From: Flavobacteriales bacterium
GTDB lineage: Bacteria; Bacteroidota; Bacteroidia; Flavobacteriales; UBA1820
Length of the DNA stretch: 43,441 nt
Assembly (NCBI GenBank): GCA_028709885.1
Contig: JAQUTH010000002.1
Location: forward strand, 1 to 43,441
Reading direction: 5' to 3'
The position numbers and the translations under genes were made by a program. Each line of letters opens with the position of its first letter. Positions within the stretch are counted from its first letter, which is position 1. The notes under the pieces are model-generated. The model saw only the letters and a program-made list of their open reading frames with translations, searched no databases and was not told the DNA's origin. Positions 10,542-19,419 of the stretch are shown here, piece by piece.

Positions 10542-11814
10542 ATTCGTCTTGTAATTTTATTATCTCGTTATTGTCAAAAACAGTACCTTCACGCCATGCC
10601 GACACTGCCGATGACCATATATTTTTCTTATTGAGGTTTCTATCCAGCACAAACACCTCGGTAGAAAAAGGATTATCCTCCCTTCGGAAAACAAAACTCA
10701 CCTCCATACCCGAAGCCTCACGTCCATACACCCACCTTTGACTATCGGCAGCGGTGTACACTTTGGCAGGCGCACCATAAAGGACATATATCATACCTTG
10801 GTCTGTCATCACGCCCTCTTTGTAGGTAGAAAAATACCTATTGGCATACTCCGCCCGTCCGTAAAACGCCCTTATCAAACGCTGAGCATCCGATAATGAC
10901 CCGCCTGCATCTATCCAAAAACGCTCAGCACTGAGCTTCTCGGTAGGTGAATACCGAAGCGAATTAAACTGCTCATCGGAACAGATATAGCGAAGAGGAG
11001 TTATCAAAGCGTGTTTTTGCGTTATCATCGGGTAGCCTTTGTAACTACTCAAAAGACAATACCCACGCCTATCCATAGTATCTATCCTAAGAATGTACAA
11101 ACCTTGGGGCGAAAATACGACTTTTTCTCCATTTTTCACCACAAAAGTAGTATCCCGTTTAAAACGTTCCTGTTCCCCAGAACCTATAATATAAGCAGGC
11201 GCAGGGTATTTAACCTCAGAATTATAACGCGTAACATATATCTGAGGCACATAACCCATTTCCACATTGACACTGACAGAGTCATCCGCACAAGTAAAAT
11301 TATCAAACATAACATCCTCATTTCTATCCCTGAGCAAAAACAAAGACGGACTATACTTCTGTTTCTTATCTACAACCGTGAGATTGGAAGTTTTTTGAGG
11401 ACTTTTAGCATCCGAAACCACCGTTTTTACAAGATAATCCCTGCCATAAGGCAAAACCACATCAAAAGCTCCTGTAAAGGCGTATAACGGCACTTCTACC
11501 GTATCCACCACCACGGTATAGTCTGCCACAAAAAGTTGCTTAGGAGGCTGCGATTCATCATAAAAAGAACATTTCACATTGGCTCTACCTTGAAAACGCA
11601 ATGTCTGAGGGTCTTTCATGCACACTATATACTGGGAAGGGATGCTGTAATACACTCGCGTGGTATCATTAGAGAGATGATGAAACTTTACCTGCACCGC
11701 ATCCATACTACCTTCCAACGGACGCAGATAAACCGTTCTATTCCCTTTTGTGGAACATGATAAAATAACCAATAAGCACACCAAAAGGCTCAGCAAAGAC
11801 TGTTTAGAGGACAT
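10498..11814 (-). CDS. GWxTD domain-containing protein (secreted)
   Basis: 438 aa with a signal peptide. The C-terminal stretch YKEGVMTDQGMIYVLYGAPAKV...RWVYG corresponds to the GWxTD domain pattern common in Bacteroidetes. Confidence 0.65.
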   Translation of the reverse strand: MSSKQSLLSLLVCLLVILSCSTKGNRTVYLRPLEGSMDAVQVKFHHLSNDTTRVYYSIPSQYIVCMKDPQTLRFQGRANVKCSFYDESQPPKQLFVADYTVVVDTVEVPLYAFTGAFDVVLPYGRDYLVKTVVSDAKSPQKTSNLTVVDKKQKYSPSLFLLRDRNEDVMFDNFTCADDSVSVNVEMGYVPQIYVTRYNSEVKYPAPAYIIGSGEQERFKRDTTFVVKNGEKVVFSPQGLYILRIDTMDRRGYCLLSSYKGYPMITQKHALITPLRYICSDEQFNSLRYSPTEKLSAERFWIDAGGSLSDAQRLIRAFYGRAEYANRYFSTYKEGVMTDQGMIYVLYGAPAKVYTAADSQRWVYGREASGMEVSFVFRREDNPFSTEVFVLDRNLNKKNIWSSAVSAWREGTVFDNNEIIKLQDEYDRQRYYDSYGIWY

Positions 11815-11963
11815 AGTTTTTCATTTAGGCACAGTTCTAATATAGTGCATTTTGAGCATTTTTTTCACTTTTGCCAAAAAAACTAACTACCTAAGAATTT
11901 AATTTTTTCGGAAAATGCCATAAAAAAACGTACATTAGCACCTCAATACAAACATTTATCACC

Positions 11964-12905
11964 ATGACAATAACCCAACTTCAATACATAATGGCGGTGG
12001 CACGCTACGGCAGCTTTACCACCGCCGCCGAAAAATGCTTCGTAACACAGCCTACCCTATCCATGCAGGTACAAAAACTGGAAGAAGAACTCTCCGTACA
12101 GATATTTGACCGCCAGAAAAAGCCGATAGCCCTCACCGCAATAGGAGAAAAAATCATCTCTCAGGCTACCAGAGTGCTAAGTGAAAGCACCCGCATAAAA
12201 GACATCATAGATACCGAAAAAGACTCCGTAACGGGAGATTTCCGTCTGGGAATAATACCGAGCGTCATGCCCACACTGCTACCTATTTTCCTACGCACAT
12301 ATATGAAAAAATACCCCCGTGTAACGCTTCACATAGAGGAAATACAGACAGAAATCATGATAGACGCACTTCATAACGGCATGATAGACGCCGGTATAGC
12401 AGCCACACCACTTCACGAAGAAGGCATAAAAGAACAGGCGTTATACCTTGAACCTATGGTAGCATTCATCGGGTCAAATAGCACACTTAACACAAAGAAA
12501 GAAATAACAGCAGAAGACATATCATCACACCCATTGCTCATATTGGAAAAAGGGCACTGTTTTAGAAATAACGTGCTGAACCTTTGCCATGACAAACAGG
12601 CTGACGGGGCATCACAAAAATTTCATCTGTCAAGCGGTAATTTTGACACCTTGATAGCTCTGTCAAAAGAAGGCTTTGGAAATACCGTTATTCCTTACCT
12701 TAACACTCTTAACTTAAACGAGCAAGACCACTCATTGATTCGTGAGTTTGCTCACCCGACACCTTCGCGAGAGATAAGCCTTATTTTTCCCGAAGACCCT
12801 TTGCGTTCAAAAATTATAGAGTCTCTCGCCTCAACCATAAAAGCTATCATCCGCGGAATGATAGCGTACCAAGACACAAAAGTCATCAGTCCGTTGGAAA
12901 ATTGA
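11964..12905 (+). CDS. oxyR: LysR-family transcriptional regulator, OxyR-like (peroxide sensor)
   Basis: 313 aa. It has an N-terminal LysR HTH (FTTAAEKCFVTQPTLSMQVQKLEEEL). The stretch GHCFRNNVLNLC places two Cys 9 residues apart, as for the OxyR redox pair C199/C208. Confidence 0.7.
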   Translation: MTITQLQYIMAVARYGSFTTAAEKCFVTQPTLSMQVQKLEEELSVQIFDRQKKPIALTAIGEKIISQATRVLSESTRIKDIIDTEKDSVTGDFRLGIIPSVMPTLLPIFLRTYMKKYPRVTLHIEEIQTEIMIDALHNGMIDAGIAATPLHEEGIKEQALYLEPMVAFIGSNSTLNTKKEITAEDISSHPLLILEKGHCFRNNVLNLCHDKQADGASQKFHLSSGNFDTLIALSKEGFGNTVIPYLNTLNLNEQDHSLIREFAHPTPSREISLIFPEDPLRSKIIESLASTIKAIIRGMIAYQDTKVISPLEN

Positions 12906-13137
12906 TTTTTATATCAAAAATGACATTTTTGGTTTTTTCCTTAGAAAAATCGCAGCGTTTACAAAAGCACATAAATAACTGTTTTTCAATATAAAAGAAG
13001 CATTTTTAGCACTTTTATTAACATTTAAAAATATTTTCACGCATCATTCCCAGCATTTAACGGCAAAAAAACAGCTTTTTTTCCCACTTTTTATCACCCA
13101 TAGCAAAAAATCATAGAAACAATACTCAAAAAAAAGT

Positions 13138-13153
13138 GGCGCACGTGTGCGCC
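13138..13153 (-). terminator. Intrinsic terminator downstream of mnmG
   Basis: The palindrome GGCGCACGTGTGCGCC has an A-run on its left and a T-run on its right, so it can function in both directions. It lies 21 nt beyond the mnmG stop. Confidence 0.65.
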
Positions 13154-13173
13154 GCTTTTTCTATGTAAAAAAC

Positions 13174-15054
13174 TTATCTACCCATAAAAATCAAAAGCAC
13201 TGAAATATCGGCCGGACTAACACCGCTTATCCTTGCCGCCTGGGCAATAGTTTTAGGATGTACCTTTTGAAGTTTTTGACGCGCCTCTATCGTTATGGAA
13301 TGTATTTTTGAAAAATCAAAATCATCTGGTATCACCACATTTTCCAAACGCTGTATCTTGGCTGCGTTTTCTTTCTCTTTTTCTATGTAACCTTGGTATT
13401 TTATATACACCTCCGTCTGCTGCACTGCATCGGGACGGATGTCATTTTCCTCTATAAATTCATTTACTCCACTGAAATATTCGCGGATGTCATCCATGGA
13501 AATATTAGGACGGGAGAGTATCTTGTCTGTCTTGCAACCTTGCACCATAAATGCCGAATCACGTTTTCCCAAAAGCACATTTCCCTGCTCTACCGTTACG
13601 GATTTTTCACGCAGAAAAGATACCAAAAGGTCTGATTTTTTTACCTTTTCATTCACACGTTCCAGCGCATCATCACCCACTGCACCCACCGCATGAGCAA
13701 GAGGAGTAAGGCGGATATCGGCATTATCACCGCGCAAAAGAGTGCGATATTCAGCACGTGAGGTAAACATTCTATAAGGTTCTTCGGTACCTTTGGTTAT
13801 AAGGTCATCTATCAAAACGCCTATATAAGCCTGGTCTCTCCGTAGAGTAAATTCGCCTTTACCTTTGGCACGAAGAGCAGCATTTATACCAGCCACCATA
13901 CCTTGTCCGGCTGCTTCCTCATAGCCAGTAGTTCCATTTATCTGCCCTGCAAAATACAGATTTTTTACCAGTTTTGTCTCCAATGTATTGACCAACTGAG
14001 TGGGTGGAAAATAGTCATATTCTATTGCGTAACCAGGACGCAACATTTTAGCATTTTCAAAACCTTTTATACGTCTGAGAGCTTTTATCTGAATATCCTC
14101 TGGTAAAGAAGTGGAAAAACCATTTATGTACATCTCAACAGTCCCCTCTCCCTCAGGTTCTACAAAGACTGGATGAGCTGATTTTTCCTTAAAACGATTT
14201 ATCTTATCCTCCACCGAAGGGCAATAACGAGGTCCTACACCTTTTATCCTACCCGTAAACATAGGCGAACGGTCAAATCCTTCGCGCAACGCCTCATGCA
14301 CACTCTCATTAGTATAAGCCATGTAGCACGATGTCTGATGCTCTGTAATTTTGGTATCTGAAAAAGAAAAACGCACTGGAACATCGTCTCCTTTTTGCTC
14401 TATCATGACTGAAAAATCCAATGAACGAGCATCTATTCTTGGGGGAGTACCTGTTTTCATTCGTCCACTTTCAAAGCCCAAAGAACGCAAACATTCTGTC
14501 AAACCATACGCTGCTGGCTCTGCTATTCTTCCACCTCCAAAATGTTTTTCTCCTATATGGATAAGCCCACCGAGGAATGTTCCATTGGTCAAAACAACAG
14601 TCTTGCATTTTACCTCCACACCAAGTGCTGTACGAACGCCGCATACTCTTTTTTCATCATCTACCAAAACATCTGTAACGGTATCAGCAAAAAGGTCAAG
14701 TCCATCTGTATGTTCTAACTCATGACGCCACTGAGCAGAAAAACGATACTTATCGCACTGCGCACGTGGAGACCACATAGCAGGGCCTTTTGACATATTG
14801 AGCATCTTAAACTGGATACCAGTAAGGTCTGTAACTATACCAGAATACCCACCCATAGCATCTATTTCACGAACTATCTGCCCTTTTGCAATGCCTCCCA
14901 TAGCTGGGTTGCAAGACATCTGAGCTATATTGGGCAAGCTCTGCGTTATAAGTAGAGACGAACAGCCCATCTTAGCTGCTATTCGCGCCGCTTCACTTCC
15001 TGCGTGTCCGCCGCCCACTACTACAACATCATAAGTATTTTCAAATACCGCCAT
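13174..15054 (-). CDS. mnmG: tRNA uridine-5-carboxymethylaminomethyl(34) synthesis enzyme MnmG (GidA)
   Basis: 626 aa. It has the FAD motif [16 protein letters not shown] and the conserved stretches GPRYCPS and [13 protein letters not shown]. Confidence 0.95.
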   Translation of the reverse strand: MAVFENTYDVVVVGGGHAGSEAARIAAKMGCSSLLITQSLPNIAQMSCNPAMGGIAKGQIVREIDAMGGYSGIVTDLTGIQFKMLNMSKGPAMWSPRAQCDKYRFSAQWRHELEHTDGLDLFADTVTDVLVDDEKRVCGVRTALGVEVKCKTVVLTNGTFLGGLIHIGEKHFGGGRIAEPAAYGLTECLRSLGFESGRMKTGTPPRIDARSLDFSVMIEQKGDDVPVRFSFSDTKITEHQTSCYMAYTNESVHEALREGFDRSPMFTGRIKGVGPRYCPSVEDKINRFKEKSAHPVFVEPEGEGTVEMYINGFSTSLPEDIQIKALRRIKGFENAKMLRPGYAIEYDYFPPTQLVNTLETKLVKNLYFAGQINGTTGYEEAAGQGMVAGINAALRAKGKGEFTLRRDQAYIGVLIDDLITKGTEEPYRMFTSRAEYRTLLRGDNADIRLTPLAHAVGAVGDDALERVNEKVKKSDLLVSFLREKSVTVEQGNVLLGKRDSAFMVQGCKTDKILSRPNISMDDIREYFSGVNEFIEENDIRPDAVQQTEVYIKYQGYIEKEKENAAKIQRLENVVIPDDFDFSKIHSITIEARQKLQKVHPKTIAQAARISGVSPADISVLLIFMGR

Positions 15055-15077
15055 TATATTATTGTTTTATACGAGTG

Positions 15078-15085
15078 CAAAATTA
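15078..15085 (-). promoter_or_regulatory. -7 promoter box (TAATTTTG on minus strand) for mnmG
   Basis: Plus-strand caaaatta lies 24 nt upstream of the mnmG ATG. Confidence 0.45.
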
Positions 15086-15137
15086 CACTTTAAGAGCCAT
15101 TTGTAAAAGAAAATAAAGCAAAAACACAAATAAAAAA

Positions 15138-15163
15138 CTCGGTGTTCCACGTGGAACACCGAG
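15138..15163 (-). terminator. Intrinsic terminator (26-nt perfect palindrome)
   Basis: The palindrome ctcggtgttccacgtggaacaccgag is flanked by A/T runs. It lies downstream of the 99-aa ORF / nupC-type operon. Confidence 0.7.
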
Positions 15164-15179
15164 CCTTATTTTTCAAAAT

Positions 15180-15193
15180 GTTCCACGTGGAAC
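15180..15193 (-). terminator. Second, shorter hairpin with the same GTTCCACGTGGAAC core, abutting the stop codon of the 99-aa ORF
   Basis: This 14-nt palindrome is identical to the core of the 15138-15163 palindrome. On the minus strand it is followed by ATTTTG. Confidence 0.35.
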
Positions 15194-15492
15194 TAAAAAT
15201 ATCTAACGTATCCCAAATACAAAAGGTATAGCATCATGTTCACAAAAGAGAAAAGAGCTGTGGTCTTTTGATAATACTCCACTGTGCGTTTTGCCATAGC
15301 ACATACAGATATTATTATAGCCTGCAAAACCACCAAAACAGCAGGCGAATACACAGCCGTGAGAGCTATGTAATTATTGACTATCACGTTTGACAGAAAG
15401 TCTGCGCCAGCCATTCTATTTATCCACAGCAAGAGTATAGATATGGTGCTGAGAAGGTTTATGCTGTTTATGTATTTATATAATTTTACCAT
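15193..15492 (-). CDS. Small hypothetical integral membrane protein (about 3 TM segments)
   Basis: 99 aa and hydrophobic throughout. It starts 17 nt downstream of the nucleoside permease stop. No recognisable motif. Confidence 0.45.
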   Translation of the reverse strand: MVKLYKYINSINLLSTISILLLWINRMAGADFLSNVIVNNYIALTAVYSPAVLVVLQAIIISVCAMAKRTVEYYQKTTALFSFVNMMLYLLYLGYVRYF

Positions 15493-15508
15493 TTCTTGAT
15501 GATTGAAA

Positions 15509-17209
15509 TTAACCGATAAGCGCGCCAGCTATGGTGGCAGAAAGCAGAGATGCTATTGTTCCAGCTATAAGGGCTTTTACTCCAAATTTTGCCAAAACTT
15601 CGCGTTTGTTTGGCGCCAAAGAGCCTATGCCTCCTATCTGTATGCCTATGGATGCAAAATTAGCAAAACCAGATAGTATGAATGTGGACATCACTATGGC
15701 TTTGTTGGTCAAAAGAATATTTCCTGCGGTAAATGTTGCCAGCTCTTTGTATCCTACAAATTCACTCATTATTACTTTCAATCCCAAAAGGCTACCCACA
15801 TTAGTGCAGTCTGCCAATGGTACTCCTATAACACCCATAATAGGGGAAAATATAGCACCCAGTATCACTTGTAGGTTTACCGTGGTTACACGTCCGTCTG
15901 TCCAGTTGGATATCACTCCATCAAAACCAGTTAATGATGAAACCCCAGATATAATGTAATTAAACATCGCTATAAATGCTACAAATACTACAAGCATCGC
16001 CGCTACATTAACAGCCAATTTAAGTCCTTCTGATGTTCCTTTTGACATAGCATCAAGGAAATTTGAACCTATTTTTTCCATTGAGACATGAACATCATTG
16101 TCTATTTTTTCAGTCTGTGGACACAACATCTTAGCTGCTACTACCGCTCCTGGGGCAGCCATTACCGATGCCATGAGCAGGTTTTTAGCAAACATCTGAC
16201 GCAGTACCGGATCATCCCCGCCAAGGAAAGATATATAAGCCGCCAGCACTCCTCCTGCAAGAGTGGACATACCTCCTACCATCACAAGTAGTATTTCAGA
16301 GCGATTCATATTGGAAAGGTATGGTTTAATCATAAGTGGCGCTTCGGTCTGACCAAGGAAGATATTTCCTGTAACAGAAAGACTTTCAGCTCCAGATATT
16401 CCAAGCAGCCTGGTCATCACTTTTGCCATAGCTCCTACCACTTTCTGTATTATTCCTAAGTAGAAAAGTACAGATGTTAGCGCCGAGAAAAATATAATGG
16501 TAGGCAGCACCTGAAAAGCAAATATGTATCCAAATGCAGACTGGTCCATAAGTCCCCCGAAGATAAACTCTGCACCTTCTTTTGAAAAGTCAAGTATCTT
16601 TACAAATGCCTTGCTTATCCATTCAAAAACAGTCCCAACAAACGGGACTTTCTGTATGCAAAAAGCCAATACTATTTGAGCACCTATGCCATATATGACT
16701 AATTTCCAAGATATTGCACGGCGGTTATCACTAAGCAACCACATGACAAAAACCAATACCAGAAGACCTATCACTCCGCGTAACACTCCTGTAAATGTTA
16801 TCCCTTCACTTGGCAATACAGAAGATGATTCTTCAGCTTTATCTATCTGAGAGACTATCTGTGCAGCCTGAGCCAAAGCACTATTTTCATTGACCAACTC
16901 GTACTTTTTACCCAACATTGTAACATACATAGATGTATCTGTCAGGTTTTCATACAACAGGGCAAAATCCTTATTTTGTACCGTGTCTTTGACCACAATG
17001 TGGTTTCTATTACTTTTCCAATTACCAGATGAAGATATAGCTCCCTCGGAAAGAGAAAAACGGTATGTGCTATCCGCTTTTATATCCAAATATTCTGATG
17101 TAAAAGCATCATCATCATTAATAGCACGCCAGTGATGTACCAAGGATTGTCCTTGCGCGGTAACAGATAGTACTACCACCGCCAAAAGAGTTATAAGATT
17201 TTTATACAT
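15509..17209 (-). CDS. NupC/CNT-family concentrative nucleoside transporter with a ~140-aa N-terminal secreted extension
   Basis: 566 aa. The C-terminal ~420 aa show CNT features (GAEFIFGG, NIFLGQTEAPL, GGMSTLAGGVLAAY, GFANFASIGIQIGG). The N-terminus has a signal peptide followed by a soluble domain. Confidence 0.8.
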   Translation of the reverse strand: MYKNLITLLAVVVLSVTAQGQSLVHHWRAINDDDAFTSEYLDIKADSTYRFSLSEGAISSSGNWKSNRNHIVVKDTVQNKDFALLYENLTDTSMYVTMLGKKYELVNENSALAQAAQIVSQIDKAEESSSVLPSEGITFTGVLRGVIGLLVLVFVMWLLSDNRRAISWKLVIYGIGAQIVLAFCIQKVPFVGTVFEWISKAFVKILDFSKEGAEFIFGGLMDQSAFGYIFAFQVLPTIIFFSALTSVLFYLGIIQKVVGAMAKVMTRLLGISGAESLSVTGNIFLGQTEAPLMIKPYLSNMNRSEILLVMVGGMSTLAGGVLAAYISFLGGDDPVLRQMFAKNLLMASVMAAPGAVVAAKMLCPQTEKIDNDVHVSMEKIGSNFLDAMSKGTSEGLKLAVNVAAMLVVFVAFIAMFNYIISGVSSLTGFDGVISNWTDGRVTTVNLQVILGAIFSPIMGVIGVPLADCTNVGSLLGLKVIMSEFVGYKELATFTAGNILLTNKAIVMSTFILSGFANFASIGIQIGGIGSLAPNKREVLAKFGVKALIAGTIASLLSATIAGALIG

Positions 17210-17255
17210 TATATTATTTATTGATTGATTATTTATCTTATTGTGTATGTGATAT

Positions 17256-17912
17256 TTACATGGCTTTCCTATTATTTATCTCATCGCGAAGAACAGCTGC
17301 CTGCTCATAATCCTCAGACTTGACAGCTGTTTCCAATTCTGAATAAAGCGTATCTATGTCCATGTCTGAAAAATGGTTTTTCACAGTGGTTTTTTCGTTT
17401 TCTACCTCAGTTAATATTTTATCTTCCTCATTATCTGATACTTGTGCTTTTACCATATCTTCTTTTGTCCTAAAAAGAACACCTGCCACATCCAATATAG
17501 ACTGATAAGTATAAATAGGTGCATGAAAACGAAGAGCCATAGCCACAGCGTCGGAAGTGCGGGCGTCTATCTCTACTTTTTCCCCATTGGAAGTACGTAC
17601 AGCATGTATTGTGGAGTAAAAAATACCGTCCAAAAGTTTATATATGACTACTTTTTCTACCTCCACGCCAAATGCACGGGCAAATGTAGCAAATAAATCA
17701 TGTGTAAGAGGTCTTTTTGGTACTGTATCATTCTGAAAAACCTCAGCTATGGACTGAGCCTCCCACTCACCTATTATGATAGGAATTTTTCTGACTTGCG
17801 TGTGTCCAACTCCACCGATGTCTTCACTCAAAATAAGAGCATAAGCACCACTGGATGCCTGAGAATAGGTAATACCTGTCAGAATAAGAGGAATCAGTTC
17901 CTGTTGGTTCAT
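17256..17912 (-). CDS. Bifunctional nuclease family protein (DUF151/BFN) with C-terminal UVR motif
   Basis: 218 aa. The core stretch IPIIIGEWEAQSIA...RPLTHDL is typical of DUF151. The C-terminal YEQAAVLRDEI is a UvrB/C-type motif. Confidence 0.65.
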   Translation of the reverse strand: MNQQELIPLILTGITYSQASSGAYALILSEDIGGVGHTQVRKIPIIIGEWEAQSIAEVFQNDTVPKRPLTHDLFATFARAFGVEVEKVVIYKLLDGIFYSTIHAVRTSNGEKVEIDARTSDAVAMALRFHAPIYTYQSILDVAGVLFRTKEDMVKAQVSDNEEDKILTEVENEKTTVKNHFSDMDIDTLYSELETAVKSEDYEQAAVLRDEINNRKAM

Positions 17913-17973
17913 AGTTTATGAGTATAGATAGCCATCTGAGGCAGAAAATTACGATTTTAAAAGGACACAGAGT

Positions 17974-19215
17974 TTATTTTTTAGTTAATATTTGAGTTAG
18001 CTCATCCAAAACTGCATTAGCATCGCCCACCACACCATAATCAGCATAGTGAAAAATAGGCGCATTAGGGTCTGTATTTATAGCCACAACACACCGTGAA
18101 CGCACCATACCGCCTATATGTTGCAAAGCCCCACTAATACCCACTGCCACGTACACATCGGGTGATATTTTTGCTCCTGTCTGCCCCACATGCTCATAAT
18201 ACGAACGAATACCTGCATGATACACCGGACGAGTACAAGCTACAGCACCTCCTGTTTTTTCAGCTAAAAAATCTATCTTTTTCCACGCAGAGGCATCACA
18301 ACCCATACCTCCACTTATCACTACCTTGGCAGTGTGTAAATCTATATGAGTAGGCAGTAACTGTTTTTCTCCATTATCTGGAAAAAGGACTGGCTTAGGT
18401 TCATTTTTACCGTTTACAGTAGCTATTATTCTACCTGAAAAAACACTCACTTGGTCTGATGAAAAAAGAGTGCCTTTTTCATCTGCCTCACCCAAAAGAA
18501 CGCTTACCAAAAGAGGAAAGTCTTTTTGTGTAAGCACCTTGACGGTACCACGAGCAGGCATTTTAGTAAAAGAACTATAATGTGTCAAAGGCTCTACATC
18601 AGAAGTTTTGTCCACCACGCATATCTGAGCACTGGTACTTAGCATCATATCCCTCATTGAAGGGATACGCACCTTTTCCTGTGGGAAAATGCTCTTGTTA
18701 CATTTTAGAATAACTGGAAAAGGAACTACGAGTTTTTCTATGAAATGCTCTGTCTGACGTATCACCAATACATTTTTTTCATCTACCAAAGAGACATCGG
18801 CAACATCGGAAATAAGAGGCACGCAGGTCATTTCAGACAAATATTCTGGCGTACACCCTGACGAATAATCCCATGAAGCATCGCCACACATTATCACATC
18901 GTACTTTTCAGTATTCAAAAAATCTGCCAAATGCCTTGCCACACAAAACGCATCGGCATTGACAGCATTTATCCGCCGAGTATCCTTTGCTCCCAGAGCC
19001 ACAGCATAACGCAGAGATTTGTTACACGGAGTATCCCCCACATACACCGCTGTTGTTTGGCAAGCGTCAAAAGAAAGAGCTTTTGAAAGCACCAAAACAT
19101 CAGTAGGGTTTACATCTTTTACCGTATCATCCACACATACAGCGTCTTGCTGTATGTAATTTTCCACAGCACAGTATATGTCTGGGACAACGGAAAAAGG
19201 CACCAATATCTTCAT
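17974..19215 (-). CDS. Electron-transfer-flavoprotein-like protein: ETF (EtfB-like) N-terminal domain fused to an EtfA-type FAD-binding C-terminal domain
   Basis: 413 aa. The N-terminus MKILVPFSVVPD...IMCGDASWDYSSG resembles the EtfB start and core. The C-terminus VVISGGMG...PDVYVAVGISGALQHIGGM...VVAINTDPNAPIFHYADYGVVGD is the EtfA FAD-binding signature. Confidence 0.7.
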   Translation of the reverse strand: MKILVPFSVVPDIYCAVENYIQQDAVCVDDTVKDVNPTDVLVLSKALSFDACQTTAVYVGDTPCNKSLRYAVALGAKDTRRINAVNADAFCVARHLADFLNTEKYDVIMCGDASWDYSSGCTPEYLSEMTCVPLISDVADVSLVDEKNVLVIRQTEHFIEKLVVPFPVILKCNKSIFPQEKVRIPSMRDMMLSTSAQICVVDKTSDVEPLTHYSSFTKMPARGTVKVLTQKDFPLLVSVLLGEADEKGTLFSSDQVSVFSGRIIATVNGKNEPKPVLFPDNGEKQLLPTHIDLHTAKVVISGGMGCDASAWKKIDFLAEKTGGAVACTRPVYHAGIRSYYEHVGQTGAKISPDVYVAVGISGALQHIGGMVRSRCVVAINTDPNAPIFHYADYGVVGDANAVLDELTQILTKK

Positions 19216-19236
19216 TTCATCTTTGTTTTACTTTGG

Positions 19237-19244
19237 CAAATATA
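19237..19244 (-). promoter_or_regulatory. -7 promoter box (TATATTTG on minus strand) for the ETF-like gene
   Basis: Plus-strand caaatata lies 22 nt upstream of the ATG at 19215. Confidence 0.4.
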
Positions 19245-19355
19245 TATTTTTTATACCTGAGTGGCAAAAATAACTTTATAAACAGATAAAACAAAAAAGT
19301 GGTATTTTCATTAAATAAATTTCAATTTTTGTAACCAAAACATCATTCTATTTAT

Positions 19356-19363
19356 TAGATTTG
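19356..19363 (+). promoter_or_regulatory. -7 promoter box (TAGATTTG) for the aminotransferase gene
   Basis: This is a TAnnTTTG match 57 nt upstream of the ATG at 19420. Confidence 0.4.
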
Positions 19364-19419
19364 CAATACTTAATCTTAAAGATAAATATACACACTTAAA
19401 TAACCGCAAGGACTCTATT

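Noticed and set aside
12906-13137. ~230-nt gene-free stretch between oxyR and the mnmG terminator, as a possible sRNA or small gene
   Set aside because: It is AT-rich. I found no stable hairpin apart from the mnmG terminator, no promoter box in a convincing position, and no ORF of note. I cannot support a feature here.
14351-14725. 124-aa plus-strand ORF inside mnmG, and a 142-aa ORF at 15531-15959 inside the nucleoside permease gene
   Set aside because: Both are antisense to highly conserved genes. Their Ser/Pro/Thr-rich translations are typical of non-coding frames.
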